From Hormoscilla sp. (GTDB lineage: Bacteria > Cyanobacteriota > Cyanobacteriia > Cyanobacteriales > Desertifilaceae), in assembly GCA_051439505.1 (NCBI GenBank), contig JBFRWI010000077.1, positions 1 through 44,105 of the forward strand: DNA of 44,105 nucleotides, given 5' to 3'. Positions within the stretch are counted from its first letter, which is position 1. Each line of letters starts with the position of its first letter. Under the pieces are notes generated by a model that worked only from the letters and a program-made list of their open reading frames with translations, had not been told where the DNA came from and did no database searches. A program made the position numbers and the translations under genes. Positions 9,649 through 19,567 of this stretch are shown here, one piece after another.

Positions 9649-11229
9649 ATGACCATCGGTATCATTTTGATTGTCTCGATTTTGCTCTTAGGCGGTGTCC
9701 TGGCGACACTGGGCGATCGCATTGGCACGAAAGTGGGCAAGGCGCGGTTGTCTCTGTTTAACCTCCGTCCCCGCAAGACGGCAACTCTGGTCACCATTGC
9801 TACGGGAGTGACGATCGCAGGTACCACCCTGGGGATCTTATTTGCCACTAGCGAACCCTTGCGACGAGGAATATTTGCATACGATCAAACCCTGAAAAAA
9901 CTCAGAGCGGCCCGCCGGGAATTAAAAGAAGCTAGATTCCAAAAGATTCATATAGAGAACCAGTTAGCCCAAGCAAGAGATCGATACGGAACGGCCCAGC
10001 AGCATTTAGATGAAATTAATCGGTCTTTGCAAGCAGCAGTGGCACAACAAGAGGTTACGGAAGCGAAACTGGCGCAAACTCAAAACCATCTGTCTCAAGT
10101 CACTGCCAATTTTGAGCAAACCCAAAACCAACTGTCAGATGTCAATCGCAAGTTTAAGCAAGCACGCGCTCAATTGCAAATGGTTTCTGGGCAAGCGGAA
10201 AGCCTGCGGGCGGAAATCCTGCAATTGCAAACCGAACGGCAAGAATTGATCTCTCAGCGGGATGAGGTGGAAAAACAAATTGCCCAACTCAATCAAGCGA
10301 TCGCCCAGCGGGACGGGGAAATCGCTCAACTAGACAAACTGATTGCTTCTCGGGACCAGATGATTGTCGATCGGGACCAGTTGATTGCTTCTCGGGACCA
10401 GATGATTGCCCAGCGGGACCAGAACATTGCTCAACTAGACAGCAAAATTACGAGGCGCGATCGTCAAATTGCCTCTCGGGACGAGATCATTGCTCAGCGG
10501 GCACTGCGCCTGAAAGGATTAGAAGCCCAGCAGTCCTTTCTGGAACGACAAGTTAACATGCTGCAACAATATTATCAGGAATATCAAGAGTTGCGTCAGG
10601 GTAATGTAGCCCTGCTACGAGGTCAAATTCTCGCTGATGGTGTCGTGCGGATACTCTCGCCTGAAGCTGCTCAAGAGGCCGTAGACCATCTGTTGCGCCA
10701 AGCTAATAAAGCTGCTATTTCTCAGGTGACTTACCCCCATGGCAATGCCGCTGTTGACGAACAGGTAATTCAGATTACTCAAGCCGAAGTCGAACAATTA
10801 ACTAAGAAAATTAGTAATGGCAAAGACTATGTGGTGCGCATTCTTTCAGCGGGTAACTACGTGTATGGAGAAAAGGCCGTGCGCGTCTTTGCTGATGTAG
10901 CTGTTAATAAAATTGTATTTCTGACTGGCGAAGAGGTAGCCTCGGGTGCTGTTGATGCTTCGAGAATGAGTGAAGATGAAATCCTACAACGCATAGATTT
11001 GCTGATGGAATCTTCTAAATTACGCGCCCGCCGTGCGGGTATTATGGGTAGTACCATCCAAATTGCCGATGGCAGTCCTAAGACTCTGGTACGGTTTATC
11101 GAACGGTTGAAGGATTATCAAAAACCAGTGGAAATTCAAGCTGTGGCAGCAGCAGTGACCTATACTGCTGGACCTTTGAAAATGGAACTTGTCGCTATTA
11201 TAAATGGCGAAGTGCTGTTTCGTACTTAA
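9649..11229 (+). CDS. DUF3084 domain coiled-coil membrane protein
   Basis: LGGVLATLGDRIGTKVGKARLSLFNLRPRKTA N-terminus; conserved position downstream of ntcA. Confidence 0.9.
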   Translation: MTIGIILIVSILLLGGVLATLGDRIGTKVGKARLSLFNLRPRKTATLVTIATGVTIAGTTLGILFATSEPLRRGIFAYDQTLKKLRAARRELKEARFQKIHIENQLAQARDRYGTAQQHLDEINRSLQAAVAQQEVTEAKLAQTQNHLSQVTANFEQTQNQLSDVNRKFKQARAQLQMVSGQAESLRAEILQLQTERQELISQRDEVEKQIAQLNQAIAQRDGEIAQLDKLIASRDQMIVDRDQLIASRDQMIAQRDQNIAQLDSKITRRDRQIASRDEIIAQRALRLKGLEAQQSFLERQVNMLQQYYQEYQELRQGNVALLRGQILADGVVRILSPEAAQEAVDHLLRQANKAAISQVTYPHGNAAVDEQVIQITQAEVEQLTKKISNGKDYVVRILSAGNYVYGEKAVRVFADVAVNKIVFLTGEEVASGAVDASRMSEDEILQRIDLLMESSKLRARRAGIMGSTIQIADGSPKTLVRFIERLKDYQKPVEIQAVAAAVTYTAGPLKMELVAIINGEVLFRT

Positions 11230-11251
11230 TCGAGAGCAACGATAATATAAT

Positions 11252-11756
11252 GGGTGTGGTCAAAACCCGTTGGTAAGAGCCCGAACCCGTTCCCAGCAGC
11301 CGGGGCACGGCAATAGATATATTTTCGTTAATATCGTTATGTTATGCCCCTACCGCATGTTTACGCCAATGTTATGTTACCCATGGGATACAGATGTCCT
11401 GTTACCGATGCGATCGCCAATGTCCTGTTACCCATGGGATACAGATGTTCATCCAGGGCATGGCAACCGTAGGTGTACGGCATCCACAGATTATCGGTTT
11501 ACATTAAAATGTTATATCCGCCGTGCCCCGGCCCCATGGGAAGAAACCCGGTTTCTGAACCACACGCGATCGCCCAAAGAAACCGGGTTTTTCAGATCCC
11601 TTTGGCCTTTTCAAGGTAAAATACCTTTTCCATAAGGCTTTCAGTGGGTTTTAACCCACTTGAGCCTCGTTACCTGGCTCCGCCTGGTAACGCCCGGGGT
11701 TTTAACCCACGGCGGGCCATGAAGCCAATCGAGAATAGAATGGTGCAAGATCTCAG
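11252..11756. repeat. Composite cluster of REP-like and MITE fragments
   Basis: Family A left end, GGGGCACGGC/GCCGTGCCCC pairs, duplicated TGTTACCCATGGGATACAGATGT, AGAAACCCGGTTTCT palindrome, GTGGGTTTTAACCCAC and GGTGCAAGATCTCAG end. Confidence 0.75.
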
Positions 11757-11762
11757 TTATAA

Positions 11763-13880
11763 TTATAGAGGACATTGAGGATGAATCGCCCCTTTGACAC
11801 AAATATAGCTGAGTTGATTCGCATCTAAGTTTTTGGCATTGGTGAAGTCCACGCCACTCAAAAGAGCTGCGGTCGAACCAGCAGGTGCTTTTTTCAGGAA
11901 TTCCCTCTCCTGAGAAATCTCTTCTACCGCAAGCTTCGGGTCAGCAAAAATTGCTCCCTTAAAATCAACTTCCGTCAGGGTTGCGCCCCGGAAATCTACA
12001 AGTGTGAGGTCCGCATTCCGCAGACTCACATTTTCGAGTACCGCGTTGCTCATGTTAGCGCCAGTCAGCTTCGCCCCGTTCAGGTCGGCATTTTCCAGTT
12101 TCGTATTACTTAAGTCTGCCCCTGACAGGTCTGCTCCTTGCCACTCTGTTTTGCTCAAGTCCGCAAATTTGAACTTAGCTGCTACCGCCTTCACCTGTAC
12201 CATCCTCGCGCCGCTTAAATTCGCCCATTCTAGGTTGGCCTCGTCTAGATCGGCCCCCGTGAGTTTGGCATTTTCTAAGACTGCTTTTTCTAAAGATGCT
12301 CCTATTAATTGGGCGCTGCTGAGGTTAGATCCGTTCAAGCGCGCCCCCTTCAGGTTTGCTTGGTTGAGCTGGGCGCGGATCAGGTTGGTACGAATGATGT
12401 CTACGTTCTGTAGCAGGGCGCCGCTCAAGTTAGAGTCTTGCAGGTTGGCACCGCTGAGGTCCGCTATCCAATCATCGAAGGTTCCTAGGTGCTCGTCTGC
12501 TCCTGCTCCATAGAAGCGACTATATTTGAAACTGGCATTGGAGAGGATCGCTCCTCGGAAGTTAATTCCCGATAGATCGGTTTGGTCCAGCCTCAGGGTG
12601 AAGGGCAGCGGATCCCTGGTTTGTCCTAGGTGGGCCCGACTCAGATCGGCATCGTGTGTTTCACTGCTGTAAATATTCAGGATTTTCGCGATCGCCTGTT
12701 TAGTGGCCCGCAGTCGCAGTTGGAGGATTTTTTGCTGTTGCCTGTTGCTACCGGGTTTAATCGCAGCAATATCATTTAAGAGAGCTTGATTAGCCCGTTG
12801 CAGGTAGGGGAGGGCTTTAGGTCCGCTGCTGAATAAAGCTTGTTGAACGGCATCGATGTTTTGAAGGGAATTTTCTTGCAGCAGCAGATCGACTAAGAAT
12901 TGCAGGGCCCGGGGGTCGGAGATGGTGCCGAGTGCGATAATAGCTTCCCGTCGCTCCGCTGCTGCTTGCGGCGAATCTGGATTTAACTTATCAACCAATT
13001 GCAGATAGACTTGGTCGTTTCGGCGGCGAAACTCTCGGAGACTTTCTTGACTTTGGATGTATATCTGAGTGCCGACGAAGGTTCCTAAAACAGATGACAT
13101 TCCCGCGATGGAGACTATCAGTAAGGTCATCCCCGGGTGTTGGCGCATCCAGTTCCACAGACTCCGCCTCCTACTGATGGACTCTGGTGTCAGGACGATC
13201 GCCTCTGTCGTGCTATCATCAGGAGCGATCGCCACCTGTTGGGAAACCACGTAAGTTCCCGCCAAGCGATCGTGCATAGCCCGCCCGTGACGGTTTAAGG
13301 GACCGCTGAGGGCTTCTACCAGCAGGAAAACTCCGACCACTCCTGCTAATATTTCCAGGTTAGGAAAGGCTCCACTATAGCGCCATATTACATAGGCCGT
13401 GCCTACTGGCAAACCCCAGCGTCCGATCGCTTCCCGAACGAATGCTCTAATTATACCTGGATGTTCGCCGCTAGCAGCGATGACTCGCACGCCGAACCAG
13501 CGTTTGGGGGATGTTTGACCAGTGGTGCTGAGTAAGAACAGTTGCCAACTAGCCAGGAGGATCGGCGTGGCCAGAGCTGCCGACCAAAATAGGTTAGTGA
13601 GGGGGGATACTTGGCGCTCCCGAGAGGTGACTGGTTGTGCTAGAGTTTGGGCGATCGCCTCGGAGGTTGAGACCAGGACAGGGTTAAGGGGGACTTGTTC
13701 GGAGGTAAAGTTAACCCTAGTATACTCTCCGAGCTGGAAAGGAACGACACCCGTAGCTGCGAGGAGGGAGACTTCCACTACCCAAGCAGCGAGTCGTCTG
13801 ATGGCAAGTGGCGGTTTCGGGATGCGCAGGAGGGGTTTATTTGGTTGGTTTTTGCCAGTCGTCACGGTGGGGCTTGCCAT
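11763..13880 (-). CDS. RDD family membrane protein with HEAT-like segment and pentapeptide repeats
   Basis: RRLAAW..., TGQTSPKRWFGVRV and HDRLAGTYVV (RDD); many A(D/N)LxxA pentapeptides in the C-terminal part. Confidence 0.88.
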   Translation of the reverse strand: MASPTVTTGKNQPNKPLLRIPKPPLAIRRLAAWVVEVSLLAATGVVPFQLGEYTRVNFTSEQVPLNPVLVSTSEAIAQTLAQPVTSRERQVSPLTNLFWSAALATPILLASWQLFLLSTTGQTSPKRWFGVRVIAASGEHPGIIRAFVREAIGRWGLPVGTAYVIWRYSGAFPNLEILAGVVGVFLLVEALSGPLNRHGRAMHDRLAGTYVVSQQVAIAPDDSTTEAIVLTPESISRRRSLWNWMRQHPGMTLLIVSIAGMSSVLGTFVGTQIYIQSQESLREFRRRNDQVYLQLVDKLNPDSPQAAAERREAIIALGTISDPRALQFLVDLLLQENSLQNIDAVQQALFSSGPKALPYLQRANQALLNDIAAIKPGSNRQQQKILQLRLRATKQAIAKILNIYSSETHDADLSRAHLGQTRDPLPFTLRLDQTDLSGINFRGAILSNASFKYSRFYGAGADEHLGTFDDWIADLSGANLQDSNLSGALLQNVDIIRTNLIRAQLNQANLKGARLNGSNLSSAQLIGASLEKAVLENAKLTGADLDEANLEWANLSGARMVQVKAVAAKFKFADLSKTEWQGADLSGADLSNTKLENADLNGAKLTGANMSNAVLENVSLRNADLTLVDFRGATLTEVDFKGAIFADPKLAVEEISQEREFLKKAPAGSTAALLSGVDFTNAKNLDANQLSYICVKGAIHPQCPL

Positions 13881-13987
13881 AGGTCTGTCTATATTGTGTT
13901 CCCTTAGTAGCTCAAAATTTCCCCTTTGTCAATAGCAGTTCGTAGTAAGCGCTTTAGCGCTTGAGAGGAATGCCACGGATAAGGTGT

Positions 13988-14109
13988 GGGTGCATCTCAT
14001 AAAAGCAGATCCATCTGTAGGGGCGAAGCATTCGGGCAGAAAAATGATGACAGAAGACGACAAATTTTCGCCCCGAATGCTTCGCCCACCGCCATTGTGA
14101 GATGCACCC
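13988..14109 (+). mobile_element. MITE family C carrying an internal REP pair
   Basis: TIRs GGGTGCATCTCA/TGAGATGCACCC; 8 bp duplication TAAGGTGT at 13980-13987 and 14110-14117; internal GGGCGAAGCATTCGGG/CCCGAATGCTTCGCCC. Confidence 0.88.
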
Positions 14110-14229
14110 TAAGGTGTCCTGGCGATAGTGGTCAAGATCTAGTGATTTGACTACTGTCCGCCCAGGGTTTCTGTAGGCGCTAAAATCACTTGCATGACCC
14201 ACTACCAGCACCACGACCCGCAATGAGCC

Positions 14230-14952
14230 TTATCGAGATTTGAGTACCAAGTAAAAGGCAGGGGCTTCGGCAAAACCGCCAGATGCTAACGGAATTGCTG
14301 TCTTAATTGTCTGTCTTCCTTGTTGCAGAATCTCAAATTTATCCTCTGGAAATAGGATCTTAAGCTCTTCGGAACTAATACCGCCCGGCGTAATTCCATG
14401 CTTTAAGACAAGGGAAAATCCGAGGGGCATTCCCTCTTTTTCAATGAGAGAATCATAATAGGCTTTCATTTCGGGAGTATATTCGCTTAGATACAGATGT
14501 CCTTTCTTGCCCAACAAAACCTGCAAATTATCGACAACTCTGGGACGATCTTCTGGCAAAAACTGCATCAACACCGTTCTCGTATAAGCATTCACGTCCC
14601 CTCGATCCTGATGGAACGCTTCACAAGAGTCTCGATCCAAAATATCCAAAGTGTCATATTCAAGATTAGCTAAGGTAACATCCGATTTGGCGATCGCGAT
14701 CGCAGATGGAGAAACATCAACACCGATGACCTGGCGAACACGATCGGCCAAAAAAGTGGTCTGAGTCCCATCTCCACAACCGACATCAACCAATGGCAAA
14801 TCATCTAAGGCAACTAGATTTTGAAAGCGCTCAAAGTCTACAGCAACAGCTCGATCGTGAGACACATTCCACAAGACTTCCCCTGGTTCTCCTGCAAGGG
14901 TACTCCAGAAACTTTCCCAGGCTTTGTAATAACGGTTTGTAGGATCTGACAT
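14230..14952 (-). CDS. Class I SAM-dependent methyltransferase
   Basis: LVDVGCGDG motif I and VIGVDVS motif II. Confidence 0.88.
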   Translation of the reverse strand: MSDPTNRYYKAWESFWSTLAGEPGEVLWNVSHDRAVAVDFERFQNLVALDDLPLVDVGCGDGTQTTFLADRVRQVIGVDVSPSAIAIAKSDVTLANLEYDTLDILDRDSCEAFHQDRGDVNAYTRTVLMQFLPEDRPRVVDNLQVLLGKKGHLYLSEYTPEMKAYYDSLIEKEGMPLGFSLVLKHGITPGGISSEELKILFPEDKFEILQQGRQTIKTAIPLASGGFAEAPAFYLVLKSR

Positions 14953-15121
14953 AGGGTTTGACCTCTGGTGGTAATTTCTCTAGCTAGTATAAATCATTTG
15001 TGTAAACATGTCTAGGCGATCTTGCTGTCCAAGAGAGATTGCTTTTGCGGGGGGGGGTGGTAACTCATATACAACACAAGGATAACCCTCTGAGTCCCCC
15101 CGATGACAAATGGCAGCACCT

Positions 15122-15427
15122 TTAATTTGACGATGGATTATCTGCCAAGAAAATCTTGTAGACTATGTAAGCTAGTAATGCTAGGAAGGCGATACTCACT
15201 AGACTGGCCACCATATGCACCAACATATTCAAGACTGTCAAGCCACCGAACAGCCCAGCGCCAATGACTGCTAACTTCCCAGCTGTAGGTAACCCTCGAT
15301 ACCAGTTGACTACTTTTTCTGACATCCTGGAAACTTCGCTCTTCAACTCTGGTGAGAACTGAGAATTTATTTTAGCTTCCATTTGCTGGAGTTTGCGCTG
15401 CAATTCCCGATCGTCTTTATTATTCAT
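15122..15427 (-). CDS. Small hypothetical membrane protein
   Basis: Charged N-terminus followed by two hydrophobic segments; GGGGAAAG precedes the ATG. Confidence 0.75.
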   Translation of the reverse strand: MNNKDDRELQRKLQQMEAKINSQFSPELKSEVSRMSEKVVNWYRGLPTAGKLAVIGAGLFGGLTVLNMLVHMVASLVSIAFLALLAYIVYKIFLADNPSSN

Positions 15428-15489
15428 CTTTCCCCCACCATCGGATATTCTACAACTACAATTATAGCAAGGCGCGATCGGGCACTTTC

Positions 15490-16689
15490 TTAAGGTATTC
15501 TTAAGCCCTGGAGCGATCGGGCCTTTTCCGCCTCCTCCAGTCCCTTCGCCTGGACCAAAACCCCAAAACCGCCCAATCCCATGGGGTCGATCAACTGGTG
15601 GAGGGCATCCCGACGCTGCAACAACTGTTCTATCCCCATCTTAGCAGTAGAGAGTGCCTGCAGGCGATCGCCCAATCCGAGAGCCATGAGAAATAATCCC
15701 TGTTGGGTAAAACCGAGTTTTTCCAGGCCGCTCAATTGGCCTTGGCGCTCCAGGGCCGTAAAATCTACATGAGCCGTGATATCTTGATGTCCGACATTGA
15801 GATAAGCATCGTGATGGCGCTGGTGGCGATAGTAGCATTGTAACGTGCCCGCCGTCCTCTGGGGGTGATAGTATTTATCTGCCCTGTAACCATAGTCGAT
15901 CGCCAGCAGATATCCCCGCTTTAAGGAAGATGCTACTGTCTTTACCCAGTCTAATGCTGCGAGATTGACTTCGCTGCGATAACCTTCTGGGTAATTATCT
16001 CCTGTCAAGTTAATTCCGACTAAGGCAAAATATGCTGCTATCTGGGGGGTGGACAGTTCGCCGATAACTTCCACAAGGCGATCGTCCCTGCCAATGGTAA
16101 CATAAATTTCTCCGAGCTGTCCATTTTCCATAATAATCTGATGGACGGGAAAGGCGTCAAGCAATTCATTACAGAAAAAACAGCCAGTCACCGAGTTAGG
16201 CGGTATTTCCGCCCAACTGCACCAGCGAACTTTCTCTCCCGGCCAGTTTTGCAACCGTTGCTGTTGTGCTGCTTGCAACCCCGGTGCTTTTTCCACTATT
16301 ATATATTCCAGGGCCCCAAAGCAGTCTGGATATTGTTTTTGAAGGTATGGTAAGATATCGGCGGCCATTAGTCCTTCCCCGGCACCCATTTCCACTAAGG
16401 TAAAAGGAGTTGGTCGTGCTAGGATCTCCCACATTTCGGCAAATTGAACTGCGAGAAGTTCCCCTAAGTCCGCACCGAGATTTGCGGAAGTAAAAAAGTC
16501 TCCCTCCTTGCCGATCTTGACTTGGTTACTGCTATAATAACCTTGCTGGGGGTGATATAGCACTAAATCCATGTACTCCGCAAATGTAATCCGCTGCAGG
16601 GGGGTGGCGGCGATGCGCTGGGCGATCGCCTGACATAGTTCCGAGTTATTGTGATGTTTTGTTTTCACGTGCTTCTGGCAGGTTTGCAC
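15490..16689 (-). CDS. SAM-dependent methyltransferase, MidA/NDUFAF7 family
   Basis: ITFAEYMDLVLYHPQQGYY, GDFFTS, LVEMGAGEG, NELLDAFPVH and QDITAHVDF motifs; start uncertain. Confidence 0.92.
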   Translation of the reverse strand: MQTCQKHVKTKHHNNSELCQAIAQRIAATPLQRITFAEYMDLVLYHPQQGYYSSNQVKIGKEGDFFTSANLGADLGELLAVQFAEMWEILARPTPFTLVEMGAGEGLMAADILPYLQKQYPDCFGALEYIIVEKAPGLQAAQQQRLQNWPGEKVRWCSWAEIPPNSVTGCFFCNELLDAFPVHQIIMENGQLGEIYVTIGRDDRLVEVIGELSTPQIAAYFALVGINLTGDNYPEGYRSEVNLAALDWVKTVASSLKRGYLLAIDYGYRADKYYHPQRTAGTLQCYYRHQRHHDAYLNVGHQDITAHVDFTALERQGQLSGLEKLGFTQQGLFLMALGLGDRLQALSTAKMGIEQLLQRRDALHQLIDPMGLGGFGVLVQAKGLEEAEKARSLQGLRIP

Positions 16690-16722
16690 CCGCTATTATC
16701 CTAGGACAACCATTATTTTACC

Positions 16723-17193
16723 TCAGTCCCATACAGTTTCAATTTCATCCGCATTTCGCAGAACTTCATCCCTTGTAATCAGCTTTGCTTCGGAGTACAC
16801 GGCGGTAGCAGCAATGATGCGATCGTGAATTTTTCAATTCTGTGGTAATCTCAGCATTGTCTGGAAAACCGTTAAGTCGAAGGCCGCGATCGCAAACCCA
16901 TCACTTTGCTCAATTATGTCGATAAGTTTCTCAATCTTAATTTCTTCTTTTTCTAATTTCGCTATATCCAACACTTTCCCTTCCTTAGCTTTGTCGATCA
17001 TTTCAAAAAGAGTAATTTCCAGGTTTTTTTGGCGAACAATGTTGTCAAGTTTAGCTAAAACTATGGTGGGCACGAAAACCATCACTTCCCCAACTTCCGC
17101 CCGGTTGAGAATTTGCCTTGCCACCGGTGATAACTTTTGCTTTCCAGTCAGGAACCAGAGTAAAGCATGACTATCAACTACATAAACTTCCAT
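16723..17193 (-). pseudogene. PIN-domain (VapC-like) toxin with an in-frame nonsense codon
   Basis: YVVDSHALLW N-terminus; TGA at 16836-16834 followed in frame by KIHDRIIAATAVYSEAKLITRD...TVWD*. Confidence 0.85.
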
Positions 17194-17201
17194 GCTTTTC
17201 C

Positions 17202-17406
17202 TCACTCTTTTAGTTTATAAGCATCTCTAAAAACCTCCCGCTTCGCCTCCTCTAATTCCTCATCTGTCACCTCAAGGCCCCGCCCACAATCCTTCTAATT
17301 TAGTCTGGCGCGGCGGTTTTCCTTCTACCTTCCGTTAGAGGATCTTTTTAAATTCATCCAATTCCCTTTGAATGGATTTGATGCGCAGAAATATGTACTT
17401 CTCCAT
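17202..17406 (-). pseudogene. Putative antitoxin upstream of the PIN gene, disrupted
   Basis: GGAGG RBS; MEKYIFLRIKSIQRELDEFKKIL, TAA at 17337-17335, then RKVEGKPPRQTKLEGLWAG and, after one extra G, LEVTDEELEEAKREVF...*. Confidence 0.65.
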
Positions 17407-17628
17407 TTCTTCATACCTCCAAAACGTCCTGATTCTATTCTATCCTCAATTTTGGTTCCTGTCAAGGGGCGATCTGGAAAATAACCGATCGCCTCTCATC
17501 AGTCCACTGATTATATTATAGACTAGATTGAAGTTCGCAGCCAGAAGCCCCCTGAATTTATGTTAGTCCTACCATTGATGTTAGGTTTTGTATGTCACCC
17601 AACCTACGGATCTAGGATCCAATCACAA

Positions 17629-19326
17629 TTAGAAGCCAAAAACCATGCGCAGAGTTCCGGTCACGATTGTACCATTGTCCTGCTGGTTCCCAGGATCGAC
17701 AACCACCTGTACCAAGGGCGTAATCCGGATATTATCGTTAACGGGGAAGTTGTAGAAGACTTCATAGTTAGTCTGAGTCCCGTTCCCCACTTCCGTGGCG
17801 ATAAAGGGCTGAGTCGCAGCAATTCCTGCCAAAGCACCGCTCATAAATAAGTCTCTAAACCCGACCCCAGCCATCCAGTAGTTAGGATTAATGTCGCCAA
17901 AACTGGTATCGTTGTAACTGCTATAGCCGTAACGACCGAACAGTCCCAGTTGGGAAGACAGTCCCAGTTCAAAATTGACTCCGAAGGCGTCGAAACGTTC
18001 GTCAAAAACTTCACCACCGCTGTACTGGAGACGCAGGGCAAAGTTTTGAGAAGGTTTGTATTCGACTTCGGCCATCGTTTGCTGAAAATCCCCGAACAAG
18101 CCCCGATCGCCATCTCTGTTAGGATAGAGCAACGTGCTAAAGGCAGACAACTCCGTGATAATCTCTTCAGGACGGGAATTACCCGCATCCACTGCGCTAT
18201 AAATTGCTCGCAGATGGATGGGACCGTTCTTTGGGTTCCAGTGCAGTGCCGCTCCGGAAGTGACACCGGCAATGGGAAATAGCACGTAGTTATTAACCAG
18301 TGCCAGGGTACCAAAATGCACGAAGTCTATGTTAGCGTAGCTATTGCGATCGATGTAGTCTGAGGGCACGATTCCGGGACCGAGAGAAACTCTCAAGTCC
18401 TTCAAGGGAGTAAAGTCATAATATAGCCGACCGATACCCTGGGTTGTGGGGGGTTTAACGGTGAAGCCCAAAATACTGCCCAAGTTAGGTTCTAGAACTC
18501 CGGCGGCATTATCAAAAGGACCATTGCTAGCGAAATCTAAGATAATTCTCAGCAGATCCGTGCCAGTAAAGCTAGTGTTGAAGTCCAGGGAAGATCGATA
18601 GAGAATTGTGGCATTGGGATCGTCGGTGGTAATTTCTGCCCCTGTCGCGCTTCTTATGCGATCGCCGGCAAACCCCCCCTGATTTAAAGCCATGACGACG
18701 AGACCGCGAAGAACGGTGGTAGTCGAAAACTGATTCGCTTCTAACTCGGCAGTACGGGCTTCTAGGGCATCTACTCGCCCCCGCAAGGTGGCTAACTCAA
18801 CCGCAAATTCTTCTTGAAGTCGCTGCAATACTACCACATCTTCCCGAGCAATTCGCTCTACTAAACCTGCGGCGATCAGTTCGTTGATCCGATCGAGGGC
18901 GGTATTCAGTCCTGCCGCAAACTCGTAACGGCTTATGGGTCGGTTGCCTCCAAACTGGCCGTTGGGATAGCCCGCGATCGCCCCATAGCGCTCGACCAAG
19001 GACTGAAGAGCTTGAAAAGCCCAGTCTGTGGGCCGTACATCCACCAGTTGGTTGACAGAAGTCACTTGACCTTGCAAAGTCCTGGTCGGTTTGGGAGCAG
19101 GCTGTGAAAGTTGGGCCACCCTCTGGTGCCGCCCTTGGGGGTCAACTGAAGAGACAGTTAACTCTGGTGGAGTTTGGGCGATCGGTTGGGACGGAACTGC
19201 TGCTCGGGTCGGAGTATTCTGAAGACATAGACTCAGAATATTCACAGCGAAGGCAAGGGAAAATCTAAATCCCCTTATCTTGCGGTCTTGCGTGGCACAG
19301 TTAATATACATTTTCGGTAGTCTCAA
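17629..19326 (-). CDS. Cyanobacterial SLH-domain porin (OprB/iron-uptake porin family)
   Basis: QVTSVNQLVDVRPTDWAFQALQSLVERYG, NQFSTTTVLRG and C-terminal GTLRMVFGF; start uncertain. Confidence 0.92.
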   Translation of the reverse strand: MRLPKMYINCATQDRKIRGFRFSLAFAVNILSLCLQNTPTRAAVPSQPIAQTPPELTVSSVDPQGRHQRVAQLSQPAPKPTRTLQGQVTSVNQLVDVRPTDWAFQALQSLVERYGAIAGYPNGQFGGNRPISRYEFAAGLNTALDRINELIAAGLVERIAREDVVVLQRLQEEFAVELATLRGRVDALEARTAELEANQFSTTTVLRGLVVMALNQGGFAGDRIRSATGAEITTDDPNATILYRSSLDFNTSFTGTDLLRIILDFASNGPFDNAAGVLEPNLGSILGFTVKPPTTQGIGRLYYDFTPLKDLRVSLGPGIVPSDYIDRNSYANIDFVHFGTLALVNNYVLFPIAGVTSGAALHWNPKNGPIHLRAIYSAVDAGNSRPEEIITELSAFSTLLYPNRDGDRGLFGDFQQTMAEVEYKPSQNFALRLQYSGGEVFDERFDAFGVNFELGLSSQLGLFGRYGYSSYNDTSFGDINPNYWMAGVGFRDLFMSGALAGIAATQPFIATEVGNGTQTNYEVFYNFPVNDNIRITPLVQVVVDPGNQQDNGTIVTGTLRMVFGF

Positions 19327-19451
19327 TCAACGTTGCCGGAGAAACCGAGTTTCTCGCCACTTTTCATTATCCTTGGAAAAGACTACGTTAGAAAATTTTT
19401 TTATTTTTGCCTGCCGGAGATGGGGATAAGTGGGCGGTGCCCACTCTACTA

Positions 19452-19550
19452 AGCTGTCGTGCATTTAAATTGCATGGCTCCAAATGCTGAAACCCTTGCT
19501 CCCAAATATTTTCCCAATTTTGAATTATGAATTTTGAATTTTGAATTGCT
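19452..19550 (+). mobile_element. MITE family B
   Basis: TA at 19450-19451 and 19551-19552; lies between two GGCGGTGCCCAC REP copies. Confidence 0.85.
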
Positions 19551-19567
19551 TAGGCGGTGCCCACCTA

